Of a stretch of 64,000 bases of DNA, positions 24,290-36,345 are shown piece after piece. Under the pieces are notes generated by a model, which had not been told where the DNA came from, did not search any database, and saw only the letters and a list, made by a program, of their open reading frames with translations. The stretch is from Chiloscyllium plagiosum (lineage: Eukaryota): positions 79,472,503 to 79,536,502 of the forward strand of contig NC_057719.1 of assembly GCF_004010195.1 (NCBI RefSeq), in the 5' to 3' direction. Each line of letters begins with the position of its first letter. Position 1 is the first letter of the stretch. The position numbers and the translations under genes are program-made.

Positions 24290-24620
24290 AGGAATGTTTT
24301 TAGCACTGGAGTTTCTTGAGAAAGCTTCCTTATGTAAACATGTCTTTCTAGGAACAGTCTCCTGGAAGCTATCCGTGTTGGTGTCTGCTTCAAGGTTCTG
24401 TTGTTGTGTGTCTGTTTGTCAGCTTTTCGGTGTATGGGGAGCTGCTTATCGTTTCCTGTTTTTTTCCCTCGCAAACAATGGTGGGAAAGGCTTCCTCCTG
24501 CAACTAGGCCGGAGGACTTGCCACCTTCTATGGAACAAAGAGAAAAAAGATCTGCCATTGTTTGCAGACTGGCGACCTTAATTTTTAAAAAAAAAAATAC
24601 TTCCTGTCTATAAAATCCAT
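24290..24620. promoter_or_regulatory. Candidate enhancer/promoter (dense transcription-factor motif cluster)
   Basis: STAT-like 24313-24322 and 24346-24354; FOX tgtaaaca 24333-24340; GATA cttatc 24445-24450 next to FOX:ETS-like ttcctgttt; SOX aacaatgg about 24474 and ccattgtt about 24555; RBPJ gtgggaa 24481-24487; ETS acttcctg 24599; tataaaa 24609. Confidence 0.4.
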
Positions 24621-25529
24621 GACAGCAGAGGTTGTGTCATTGAACATATCAAACATGAACCCACGCTGTCGGCATTCCATTAGGATTCGTAATTCCGTCC
24701 AGGACTGTCATGGAATGTCCATGCAGGAATTAAAGAATCATATTGCTTTGTTTTTTCATTGTAAGGATATAGGACATGGAGTGGATTGTTTGTTTGAACG
24801 GAATAGCCAATCATGCCCCAAACAAGCAATGGAAAGGTGGGGTACCTGGGATTGATATGTCAGTCAACTGGTGCCAGGGTAATGGTGTCTGGTCATGTGG
24901 TGAATCCTGCAGAAATATGACCAGCCATTACTGACAATGTGAATTCCTCTTCTTCCTCAGTTTATTCTTTACCACATTTCAAAAGGCACAGCCCATGTTC
25001 TTCACTCTTGTTCAGACTTATCGCAACCCAATCCAGGTCTTTCTTGACTTTTGGGTGTGCCTCTGTTGCCATTTTGAGACATTGCACCCCTGAGGAATGT
25101 TGACAGGAAGTTTCACTGGCAGAAATGCAACTGGTGGGCACTGGAGGTGGAGGTGGGGGTGAGAGAGGGGTGGGGGTGGCAGAGAGGTAGAGGGTTGTGG
25201 AGAAGGCCAAGGTGGGCAGAGGATCATGTTCTGTATCTTGGGAGGTAGGAGCACAAACATTCTTGATTTCACCAGTACGTGACTAACACTAATTTTGAGT
25301 TACACACCTCCGTTCTGAACTCCCCAGATCTGCTCACTCCTTCCTTATCTGCCCATCAACTTTAATGGTCTCAAACACCACAGTTAGATCACTCCTTCAT
25401 CTTCTGCATGTGACCTTCAGGTGCCATGTAGTTTAAGCATTAATCTTGGAAATATTCTTGACACTGCGAACTCTCCAAGGCCTTAGTTAATTTGTTGAAA
25501 ACATAATGGAATGCTCCAGACAGGGTAAC

Positions 25530-25850
25530 AGGGTGGCTCAGTGGTTAGCACTGCTGCCTCGCAGTACCAGCAACCTGGGTTCAAATCCACCCTGGAGTGC
25601 CTGTCTGTGTGGAGTTTGCACATTCTCCCCGTGTCTGCATGGGTTTCCTCCGGGTGCTCTGGTTTCCTCCCACAGTCCAAAGATGTGCAGGTGAGGTGGA
25701 TGGGCCACATGGTGTGCAGGCTAGGTAGTTTGGCCATGGTAAATGTGGGGTTACGGGGATAGGGGTGGGTCTGAGTGGGACGCTCTCTGGAGGGTTGGTG
25801 CAGGCATGTTGGGCTGAATGGGCTCTTTCCGCGCTGTCGCAGATTCTATG
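25530..25850 (+). mobile_element. HE1/V-SINE-type SINE
   Basis: ggtggctcagtggttagcactgctgcctc...gggttcaaatcc...cccacagtccaaagatgtgcagg. Confidence 0.92.
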
Positions 25851-26554
25851 GAGATCTGACCAAGGCTTCATTTCTGCAGCTTATTTGTTTAAAGTTTTAA
25901 TGGAACATGTTCAATGGATTGCAACCCTCAGTGACCTCTTTCAATAGCATGCAATTGACGGGAATGTGGATTCATTTCATCTCCTTTGGCTGGCACTGAC
26001 TGTGCAACTCCTACTTGCAGAGAGGTGCCAACAAGGATGTTAAGCCCTCTAAATAGATTTTGGCTAGTGTGCTGCAGGCAGGAGCAGTGCTAACTCCTAA
26101 GTCAGTTTACTCAAGTTCGTTGAGAGAGGCTTCCTGAGGGAAATAGGTTTCAAGTAACTAAAGAAAAGCCATGGCCACTTCTTCAGTTACATGACCGATG
26201 AACTAATAACATAAAAAGAAATATTTCTTTCCAAAAGGAAAAAAACAGTCCATCATTCATTTCCAACCCTCTCCGCACCCCTGCAGAGTGTTCTGTATAT
26301 TCAGCAAGTTTATTAATCAAAGATTACTTTAAATCATTACGAGGCGCTTCAGTTTGACGGGGTTGGATGGGGTCCAAGGCAGCAGGTGAAAGCAATGAAT
26401 TACTGGTGGTTTTGAGAGGCGTTCTTGCCAAGTCAAGATGGGGAGCAGCTGGCTTCTCTGGAACACTGCTGCTGCTGCTGCTGCTAAACTCCCTCTTTAA
26501 AATGCCCGAGCTTTTAATGGGATTTATATTGAACATTCAAAAGTGCGTTCCAGT

Positions 26555-27015
26555 CTGGAATCTAAGGGAGGCCATTAATTGATTTATATGTAGAGTGACA
26601 GACATCCATGAGTGAGTTGCAGGCTGGAACTTAATCAAGGTGTACAGATCATTTATGTTTGAATGGACATACATTCACAAGTGCGTTACAGGCCGGAATC
26701 TATCCCAAATGAGTTATTCACAGAATAATGGTTACCTGGCAGTGAGATATAAGCAAACTTAGGGGTTCAGATGGTTTATATGTAGAATAATTGATACTCA
26801 GGGCTGACGTACAGACTGAATCTAATTGAGGGGTTCAGATGGTTGATATATAGAATAATTGATACCGAGGACTGAGGTACAGACTGATGTTTTATGTATA
26901 GAATGATAGATACCCAGGAGTAAGTTACAGACTGAATCTAATCGAGGGCTTCAGATGGTTTATTTAAAGAATAATGGATACCTGGGAGTGAGTTACAGGC
27001 TGGAATCTAATTGCA
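26555..27015 (+). repeat. Degenerate ~60-65-bp minisatellite, about 7 units
   Basis: Recurrent gagttacag.ctg(g)aatctaat.gaggggttcagatggtttatat.tagaataat.gatacc. Confidence 0.8.
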
Positions 27016-27099
27016 CACACAATAAGAGATACAAACACTCCTTGAACACAATTGCTCACACTCTCTCATTCTTTCTGAGGGTGCATTTTTGTTTTGTAT

Positions 27100-27445
27100 T
27101 CACTCACATGATGTGCGGGTCACTGGCCGGGTCAGCATGTTTTGTCCATTAATTGCCCAGAGGACAGTTAAGTGGCAACCACATTGCTGTGAGTCTGGAG
27201 TCACATGTAGGTCAGACTAGATAAGGTCAGCAGTTTTCTTCCCTAAAGGACATTAGTGAACCAGATGGGCTTTTCCCAGCAATGATTTCATGGTCCTCAT
27301 TAGGCTCTTATTTTCAGGCCTTTTTTTATTGAATTCGAATTCTGCCATCTGCTATGGCTGAATTCGAACCCGGTGTCCCCAGAACATTACTAGGGATTCC
27401 AGATTAATAGTCTAATGATAATATGACTAGACCATCACCTCCTCT
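27100..27445 (-). mobile_element. tRNA-headed SINE (same family as 20535-20892)
   Basis: tctggagtcacatgtagg...ccctaaaggacattagtgaaccagatggg...gaattcgaaccc. Confidence 0.75.
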
Positions 27446-28089
27446 CTGGGCATTGCCCTAGGATGGACAACCATGCACCAGGAGGCTCATTGAAAAATGT
27501 GTTTTCTCAAAAATGATATGAACTAAATCTTTTTCACACAGTATTGGTTAGGATCTGGACTACATTTCCTTAGAGTATGATATAAGAATGTGCTAGTTTA
27601 CAGGCTGAATGTTGGAGGAATGGCACTAGGTAAATTTGCTCATTCAGAGAACCAGGGAAAATACATTTGGTGGAATGGCCTCCTTCTACATTGTAACAAT
27701 TCTCTTATTCTGAGACAGTTAGTTGGGTTTTCACCCACCGTTCCTAAACGAGTAAAATTGGTGACAGGAAACGACCATGGAGAGTCCGTGTTGGAGGGTG
27801 AACTGGTCAAGCCCCGCTCAGCAGGACCTGGCACTGAACTCTGTGACCCATTGATGAGAAGTCAATGTGTAGGGTCGTGACTTTGAGAGTTACTATCAGA
27901 TGGGGTATATATTATCCTCAGAACACTAAAAAGGATGGAGGAGGCCAACTATTGGAATGCTGATGCATGGAATGGTGAAGATGTCTTTTGTGGGTGTTTT
28001 CAGCACAGCTCTCCGATGAGTCTAAGAAGGCCATGACCTTAACAATGCTGATGATGTCTTAACTAAGCTGAGAGTAGCCTTATCTGTGA

Positions 28090-29180
28090 CTTTCACAAGA
28101 AGCAGACAGTGATGGCCAAAGGGCATTTTTTTGTGACTGGAAGCCTATGTCTGCTGACATACCACAGGGTTTGTTTTGTACATTAATGACCTAGACATGA
28201 ATCAATAAGTTTGCACTTTCACAAGAAGCAGACAGTGATGGCCAAAGGGCATTTTTTTGTGACTGGAAGCCTATGTCTGCTGACATACCACAGGGTTTGA
28301 TGCAGTGTCCTTTGTCATTTGTTTTGTACATTAATGACCTAGACATGAATCAATAAGTTTGCAGATGACCTGAAAATAGGTGGTATGGTAAATAGTGAAG
28401 AGGAAAGCCTTACACTGGAGGACAATTAGATAGGCTGGTCAGATGGTCAAAACAGTGGCAAATGGAATTTAATCCTGAAAAGTGTGAGGTGATGCACTTT
28501 AGGAGGACTAACAAAGCAAGGCAGTACAATTTCAATGGTACAATGCTAGAATATAGAAGATCAGAAGGACCTTAGTGTGTAGGTCTGTAGGTCCTTGAAG
28601 ACAGTGAGACAAGTGATAATGTAGTTAAGAAGGAACATTGAATACTTGCCTTTATTAATCAGGGCATTGAATAGAGTAGCAACAAGGTTATGATGAAGCT
28701 GGATAAAATGGTAGTTGGGCCTCAGATGGAATACCGTCTGAAGTTCTGGTCACCACACTATCGGAAGGATGCGCGTGTACTAGGGAGGGTGCACAGCACA
28801 TTCACCAGGATGCTGACTGCGCTGGAGTGATTCAGCTAAGAAGAGTGACAATGTAGGCTGGGGATGATTTCCTTCAAGCAGAAAAGGCTGAGGCGTGGAT
28901 TTAAGTTAAGGGGCAGGACATTTAGAGGGGATTTGAGGAAATACTTTCTTCACGCAGAGCTTGGCAGGGGGTTTGGGTACCTGGAACTCACTGCCTGAAC
29001 GATCAGTAGGGACGTGAACCCTCATAACATTTAAAAAGTATCTAGATCAACATTGATGCACCAAGGCATACAATTCAATGAACAAAATGTGGGAAAGTCA
29101 CATTAGGCTAGAATGGTGCTTGGTGGTTGATGTGGACAGGAGGGTTGAATGGGGTTTGTTAAATACTGTAAAATAACTTG
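28090..29180 (+). mobile_element. Old CR1 RT/3' fragment with an internal tandem duplication (28090-28215 / 28216-28363)
   Basis: KFADDLKIGG and WQMEFNPEKCEVMHF motifs; first duplicate lacks 22 bp. Confidence 0.85.
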
Positions 29181-29264
29181 AACAAGAAATTAGCAAATCA
29201 AAGTATTCTTACCCATTGGTCATCCCCAGCTGACCCGCTGTCTTGCCTGCTGACAAACAGGGCA

Positions 29265-29570
29265 AAAGTGAGGACTGCAGATGCTGGAGATTAGAGTCAA
29301 GAGTGTAGTGCTGGAAAAGCGCAGCAGGTTAGGCAGCATCCATGGGGAGAGAGCAAGCTAAAGTTTGGCCTTGAGATGACTCTTCATCAGAGCTGAGTTG
29401 AGCTCTGATGACAGGCCATCTAGACTCTAGATATTAGCAAGGTGAAAGTGAGGACTATAGATGCTGGAGATTAGAGTCAAGAGTGTGGTGCTGGAAAAGC
29501 GCAGCAGGTCAGACAGCAATCTGAGGGGCAGAAGAGTCGACATTTCACGCAAAAGCCCTTCACCAGGAAT
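29265..29570 (-). mobile_element. Two tandem Penelope-derived short elements separated by a fold-back hammerhead-like fragment
   Basis: aaagtgaggact..agatgctggagattagagtcaagagtgt.gtgctggaaaagcgcagcagg occurs twice; tcatcagagct...agctctgatga hairpin at about 29385-29411. Confidence 0.75.
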
Positions 29571-30569
29571 ACAGAGCTGCCTGACACAAGTGGGGCAGTC
29601 TCTGACAGAGTCCTCGGAGTATCCAAAACTCAGAGGCCTTAAGCCAAAAACATCTCAGCTGTCAGGGCAAGCTCTGACTAAGTGGATTGTACCACTGCTC
29701 AAACCTCCGTTCAATTCCGTTCAATTCCCTCCGTTCAAATCATCTGAGAGTTACCACATGATCATGATCCACTTACCTCCACATCCAGCTGGTTACTCAC
29801 ACATAGCCAAAATGCTGCCATTAAACCAAGAGGTAGCCTCATTGGAGAGAGAGAGATCTCTGGTGTATTTGATACCTGTGGAATTTTTATTTCCCAACAA
29901 GCCCCAGCCCAGCCATCCTTGGGACCTGAAATTTCCCTCATAATCTCCTCAAGCAGCACAGTCCTGGCTCGCGTTGTCTTGGCTCAATCAATGAATCAAC
30001 CAATTTTAAATTAAGTGGGAAAACCAAGCTTCTGTCCCGCTCAACAGCTGCTGAATGCACAGCTCCTGTGACCATTTGGACTTTGCTCTTGGTCAATCAA
30101 TTGCATGTTAAGTGATCTGGGACATCTTCCAACAGATTGTCCTTCATTACAAAGCTTGACATCCCCTCCATTGAACCACAATTTCAAATTTCTATTGTCA
30201 GTTCTCTGGCACTCTGCTCCTAATTTTTCCATCACAGTTTAGATGGCTACCCACACATTCCTGGGCATAAGTTCAAAAAGTAGAAGAATCACTCTTTTTG
30301 TATATTAATCTGCACTCTACTCCAGAGAAAATACACAGATGTTAAAAAAAAAAGCTTCCCTTTCCACCACTCCTTCCACGTTTGTAATGGGTTGCCAACA
30401 GCTCAAACGCCCTCAAGAAACTGATGTCCTCTAAAGTAAAATTAAGGTTAAATTTAGAAACATTGTTTTCATCCAGAATTATGGACAGAACCGACAGTTG
30501 ATCTCACTTTGACAGTCTGTATTTTCTCTTTCGTCCCAGCCCCCAGACTCCTCCTTTTATTTCGGAGAC

Positions 30570-30976
30570 AGTTACAGAGAGTGGTGAACTCGGCCCAGAC
30601 AATCACAAGGGCCAACCCTCCCATCTATAGAATCCATCAACCAGGCCCGCTGTCAAGGAAAGGCTGCCAGCATTCTCAAAGATCCATCCCACCCTGGCAA
30701 TGCTTTTCTATAACCTCTACCATCAGGGAGAAGGTACAGAAGCCTGAACACGTGCACCAACCGGTTTCGAAACAGTTTCTACCCTACTGTTGTTAGAATA
30801 CTGAATGGACTCTCAAACTCTTAACATTCACCTGTACCTGTGTTTTTGCTTTTGCCGCTGTTTACCTATTATTTACTATCTATGCTACTTAACTCTGTGA
30901 TCTGCCTGTATTGCTTGCAAGACAAAGCTTTTCACTGTGCCCCGGTACATGTGACAATAAATTCAATTCAATTCAT
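30570..30976 (+). mobile_element. Rex/Babar-clade LINE 3' end
   Basis: LQRVVNSAQTIT...ILKDPSHPG...LPSGRRYRSL..CTNRFRNSFYP..VRILN; tail gtgacaataa(attca)n. Confidence 0.88.
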
Positions 30977-31634
30977 TTATTTGTGACAATGCTTTCTTCT
31001 ATTACATCCTGGTGTTGTTCCACTGGGAGTTCTTGCCCTTAATTTGCTTCAGCCTCCTTACCTGTGGCCATCGTTTGCTAACTTGGTTAACTAGTTTAGC
31101 TTGGAGAAACTCTCACCTGGGAAGCGGAGTTCAGGTGCTGCTCTGAGGATTTGACAATCTGCTGTAGACCCCATGTCAATATTGTGTTGACTGAGCCCCA
31201 CATTGGTTGAAGGAGCTGCCTTTCAGATTAGGCATTAACCTGAGGACCACTTGAACAAAAAGAAAGGAAACTGTTTATAGGCACCCATCCCAGAAACATG
31301 GGAGTTGTGAAAGCAAAGACCAATGTCTGTTTAGTTTGCCTGCTGCTGTTCTAATGGTTGCACGATGCAATGATAATAAGCAGCGATCAAGTTATATCCA
31401 TTAATCTGCATCAGACCCAGACATGGTCAGAAAAATCTCACTGGCTGAGAGCTTTTCGAAACATAGGACCTATTCCTCCTAAGCCTTGAGGCATTGAATG
31501 CAAGAGCTGATGCTGTGTCCTAGGGTCAACTGATGAACGACTAGTCAGCAGCATGAGATATTCCAGGTACGGAGCCTACCTTTGGTCAGAGATTGGAGGA
31601 ACCCATCACAAGCACAAGCCCAGTGCAGTGATGT

Positions 31635-32720
31635 TAGAACCAGAAGACATAGGAGTAGAATTAGGCCATTCGACCCATCAAGTCTGCTCTTCCATGCAAT
31701 CATGGCTCTCTTGCTTTCTCCCTGTAACCGTTGATCCCCTTACTAATCAAGAACCCATGTATTTCTGTCTTAAATATACTTCATGACCTGGTCTCCAGAG
31801 CCCTCTACAACGATGAGTCCCAGAGATTCGGGCTACCAGCGAGAATCCCTTCAAAAAACTCAATGCACCTCCCATTAAGATTCGCCTTTTATTTCTTTTC
31901 TTGCCCCACCTCCAATCCTTTAAGTTAAGTAAGAAATGCACATGATTGACAAGGTAAATGTGGGGCGAATGTTTCCTCATGTGGGGTAATCTAGAATGAG
32001 AAGCCATAGATTTGACCTGAAGTGTAGCAGATTTAAAACCGAGATGAGGAGAAATTACTTCTCTCAAAGGGATCTGTGGAGTTCACTGTCCCGGACATTG
32101 AATAAATTTAAGGAGGAGATGGACAGATTTTTAATGAATAGAGTGTTGAAAGGCTGTGGGGAATTGGCAGGAAAGTGGCCAAGATGAGATCAACAATGAT
32201 CATATTAATTGGCAGAGTAGGCTTGGTGAACGGAATTGTTTACTCTTGCTCCTAGTTCATATGTTCTTATCTTGATCGGATCAGTAAGTCAACAAAGTTA
32301 TGGCAAATATCTTATAAGGAAAGGTTGGAGAATTTAGGCTTGTATCTGCTCGAGTTCAGAATAATCAGAGACGACTAAATGGAAATCTTGAAGATTCTTA
32401 GGGGTCTCAATAGGTTGGATGTGAAATGGGTGTTTTCTGTAATGAGAGAATCTATGATTAGGGGTCCGTGCTTAAAAATAGGCGGTCACCCATTTAAGAC
32501 AGATAAGGAGAATCTTTTCCTTGCAGAATGTTGTGCGTCTTTTAGAAGTCCCTTCCTGAAAATGCAATGGAACGAGAATCTGAATCTTTTTAAAGCAGAG
32601 GTGAACAGATAGATAGGCTGAAACATAGAGTCACCAGATCAGCTATGATCAGATTGAATGGTGGATCTGACTCAAGGAACTGAGTGACTTTCTCCTGCCC
32701 CTAATCAGTGTGTTCATTTA
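31635..32720. mobile_element. Cluster of three short CR1 3' fragments (- about 31635-31835; + about 31940-32270; + about 32300-32720)
   Basis: FKTEMRRNYFSQR and KILRGLNRLD..GHPFKT motifs; CR1 3' UTR tails. Confidence 0.75.
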
Positions 32721-32949
32721 CATGTTGATATGTATGTCCATTAAAAGTATTGACATTCATATGTATATGGTCGTATTAAATGTTTATCTTTATCTGCAAT
32801 TGTTTATAATCAGATACTGAGCATTACTGAGCTGCTGTTTTGTTTTTGTTAATGGCTGGGGTTACATTCAGATCTTCACCTGTTAAAATGGGATCGGACT
32901 AGAACTGATCTATCCCTTCAAATTCCTGAACCTGGAATCATGTCATTTA

Positions 32950-35250
32950 TCGGCCTTATCCTGGTGGGGTGACATTTTCCCAGGCTGATGACAATCCCTG
33001 CACAGCCTGCTTCTGGGATCCATTAGTCAACCAATTACAAATCCATTGCACATTGCTTCCACTGACACTCACTTCCTTGAGTTTCCGTCCCAGCCTTTTC
33101 AGAGGGGAACTTTATGAAGTGCTTTCCTGAAATCCAGGTATGTTGCATCTCCTGCCTTTCCCTATATTGAGCTGTCACACCCTCAAAGGAAGCTAGTCTG
33201 TTTGACTGGCAGCATTTGCCTTTCACAAACCTATGTTGGCTTTTTTTTTGTTGTTATTTTGCTTCCAACTAGAAGTCCCATGATCATGTCTTCAGTATGG
33301 ATGCCCATAACTTAATTGTTCTGCTCTTGCCTTTGTCAGTTTTGTGATGTTAGGCAAGCAATTGGAGAAACATCTTTCTTCCTCCAGCTCCCAGGCACAT
33401 CTCCAGGATTCAGTGATTCCTGGAAAGTTTGAGACCAAATTCCTCCTTGCGGCACGGTGGCTCAGTGGTTAGAACTGATGTCTCACAGCGCCAGGGACCC
33501 AGGTTCGATTCCTGCCTTGGGTAAATAACTCGGCGGGGTTTGCACATTCTCCCCGTGTCTGCGTGGGTTTCCTCCGGATGCTCCGGTTTCCTCCCACAAT
33601 CCAAAGATGTGCAGGTTAGGTGAATTGGTCATACTAAATTGCTCATAGTCAGGGGTGAATATGGGGAATGGGTCTGGGTGGGTTACTCTTCAGAGGGTTG
33701 GTGTGGACTTGTTGGGCCGAAGGACCTGTTTCCATACTGTAGGGAATCTAATCTAATCTAATCTTATCTTGTTAATTTTCTGATGTCTCTTTGGATGCAT
33801 CTTACCCAAGCCCTAAGATTTCTTCCCCTTAAATTTACAGGGCTGTTCAGTAACTATGAACAACCATGAGTTACAACTGACCTCTACAGGCCCCTACTCC
33901 CTTTCCAGACACGATCGTTTACCTGTCTCCTCCTATGAAGATAGAGACAGAAGTTTTATTGAGAATATTTTACAACATGTGTAACATGAGTTCATTCCCT
34001 TGCCTGATCTAACTTTCAGTGACTCCGCTCTGTTATACCTGTGTTCTCACAGTCTTAGCCTGAACATGCTGGGGGTTCACTAGTCCCGTAACATTATCCC
34101 AATGCCCTGTCTCCTCCTCTCACTTTGTTGTATCTGCAGCGTGATGGACTGGCATGGCCTCACAACTGGCACTTTAACACTCTCAAAATGTTTATGTTAT
34201 TGTTCATTTCTCTTGTTAAAGCAATTTATTTGCTCTTTGGTTGTCCTTTTTACACTCTGATTATCTTCACTCTGTGTCATTGTTCCTTCAGAGCCTTAAC
34301 TGTGTTTTGTGCCCTTCTCTACCAATTACTTGATAGTCCATTCAATAAGGCATGAGTGTCTTTCAGTTTCCCAACTTTATTGTAGTTGGTACTTATGGAG
34401 ATTAAAATCACTTCCTTGGAGGAAATTCATAGTTACTTCACTGACTTAGTCATATTCAAACCTTGTAGGCCTAATCTGCCAAGACACCTTAAGCACATCA
34501 ACTTGGGCCTTTTAAAATTGAGCAACCATTTATGTTTTTATTTACAATTTCTCCAACTGTTCAACGTGATGTGATCACATTATGATCGCTGGTGATTAAA
34601 ACCACACCCATATTTGTGTTGAAGGTTTGAACAGCTCTCTTACTCAATCAGATGCAGGATGTTTTCACCCCTCATTGACTTGTTTAACAACTGAGTCATA
34701 AACTATCTTCCATTAAATCAGCAGATCCCTTTGATGTCTTGCCAGTGTAGTCTTCCTTCTTCCAAACAAGTTGAAATCTTGAAATTCTATGTACTATTTA
34801 TTGCCCTTATCTAACTCCACATTTCCCGAGCAAGGTTTTTACCCTGCTTGACAATCTGGGGATATACATCACCAATAATAGTTACCAACTACTAATGACT
34901 CAGTCGTTGTTTTGTCCTTTTGCATATCCTTTACCACTTATGCATCATTGTTGGAATAAATGTATCCATGTTTATAAGCACTGCCACATGAGCGCCTCAC
35001 ATCCTGATACAGTCTCTTCAGACATGATTCTGATTGATTGGAATCTTTCCACTATGTTTCAGTTTATTGATGATATCTAATTGGTCATACCCTGAAAGAC
35101 TCTCGAGACTGTATACCTTATTCATTTGATTTCTTGCATGAATTATTACAAGCTCAGCCCTATTTATTCCATTCTCATTTATTTCATTATCATTCCTATT
35201 CTGCTTATCTTTCACCACTGGAATTTGACGATTTAAACTTTGATTCATGT
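32950..35250 (-). mobile_element. Very old CR1 LINE (ORF2), heavily decayed and interrupted by a SINE
   Basis: Minus strand QHRFVKGKCCQSN..ASFEGVT resembles QHGFVKGKSCLTNL..FFE.VT; remnants further right are only weakly recognisable. Confidence 0.55.
33450..33765 (+). mobile_element. HE1/V-SINE-type SINE
   Basis: gcggcacggtggctcagtggttag...ggttcgattcc...(aatct)n tail. Confidence 0.93.
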
Positions 35251-35564
35251 TTTCACTGGTACACCTTAATGTCTCTCCAGATCAGTACATCTATTGCAAC
35301 CACCCCCACATATAGAATTAGGTTTATAAATTTTAGAATTAGCTTGTATTGTCGTGTGTACACAAGTACAGGGATACAAAAGAGCAGTGAAAATTGTACA
35401 AAATTGCCTTTCTTGAGGTATAAAGGTACCTAGGTTCAAAATCTTTGGTATGAGGTAGAAAAATAAAGAGATATAGATAAAGGCTCAACATTTAAGTCCT
35501 TCTTGGTATAAAGTAGAAAAATGAAGTTAAAGGTTCAACATTGCAGTCTTTCTTCAGTGCTTAA

Positions 35565-36345
35565 CCATGCTGGGCCCACACTCCCCATAGGGATCCAATC
35601 TCCTCAATGCTGGGCCCACACTCCCCATAGGGGTCCAATCTCCTCCATGCTGGGCCCACACTCCCCATAGAGGTCCAATCTCCTCAATGCTGGGCCCACA
35701 CTCCCCATAGGGGTCCAATCTCCTCCCTGCTGGGCCCACACTCCCCATAGGGGTCCAATCTCCTCCATACTGGGCTCAGTCTCCCCATATGGGTCCAATC
35801 TTCTCCATGCTGTGCCCACACTCCCCGAAGGGGTCCAATCTTCTCCATGCTGGGCTCAGTCTCCCCATATGGGTCCAATCTTCTCCATGCTGGGCCCACA
35901 CTCCCCGAAGGGGTCCAATCTTAAGACCATAAGACATAAGAGTGGAAGTAAGTCCATTCGGCCCATCGAGTCCACTCCGCCATTTAATCATGGCTGATGG
36001 GCATTTCAACTCCACTTACCCGCATTCTCCCCGTAGCCCTTAATTCCTTGTGACATCAAGAATTTATCAATCTCGGCCTTGAAGCCATTTAGGGTCCTGG
36101 CCTCCACTGCACTCCACGGCAATGAATTCCACAGGCCCACCACTCTCTGGCTGAAGAAATGTCTCCGCATTTCTGTTCTGAATTTATCCCCTCTAATTCT
36201 AAGGCTGTGCCCACGGGTCCTAGTCTTTTCGCCTAACGGAAACAATTTCTTAGCGTCCACCCTTTCCAAGCCTTCTCCATGCTGGGCTCAGTCTCCCCAT
36301 ACGGGTTTAATCTTCTCCATGCTGGGCTCAGTCTCATCATGCTGG
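35565..36345. repeat. 40-bp GC-rich minisatellite (about 9 units plus 2 partial), split by a CR1 fragment
   Basis: Unit ccatgctgggcccacactccccataggggtccaatctcct over 35565-35922; resumes at 36271. Confidence 0.95.
35923..36270 (-). mobile_element. Young CR1 3' fragment inserted into the minisatellite
   Basis: Open ORF 36006-36269 (RTRGHSLRIRG.KFRTEMRRHFFSQRVVGLWNSLP); cttatgtcttatggtctt tail. Confidence 0.93.

Noticed and set aside
26324..26536. Ser/Pro-rich minus-strand ORF (KREFSSSSSSSVPEKP...) as a host exon
   Set aside because: Poly-Ser comes from a (CTG)n tract, the acceptor context is weak, I recognise no homology and found no partner exons; RNA-seq would be needed.
33450..33520. tRNA gene
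   Set aside because: The A/B boxes belong to a SINE head that continues into the HE1 body; the same applies to the other copies.
35565..35922. CRISPR-like regular array
   Set aside because: Units are contiguous with no unique spacers, there are no cas genes, and the context is eukaryotic; it is a minisatellite.
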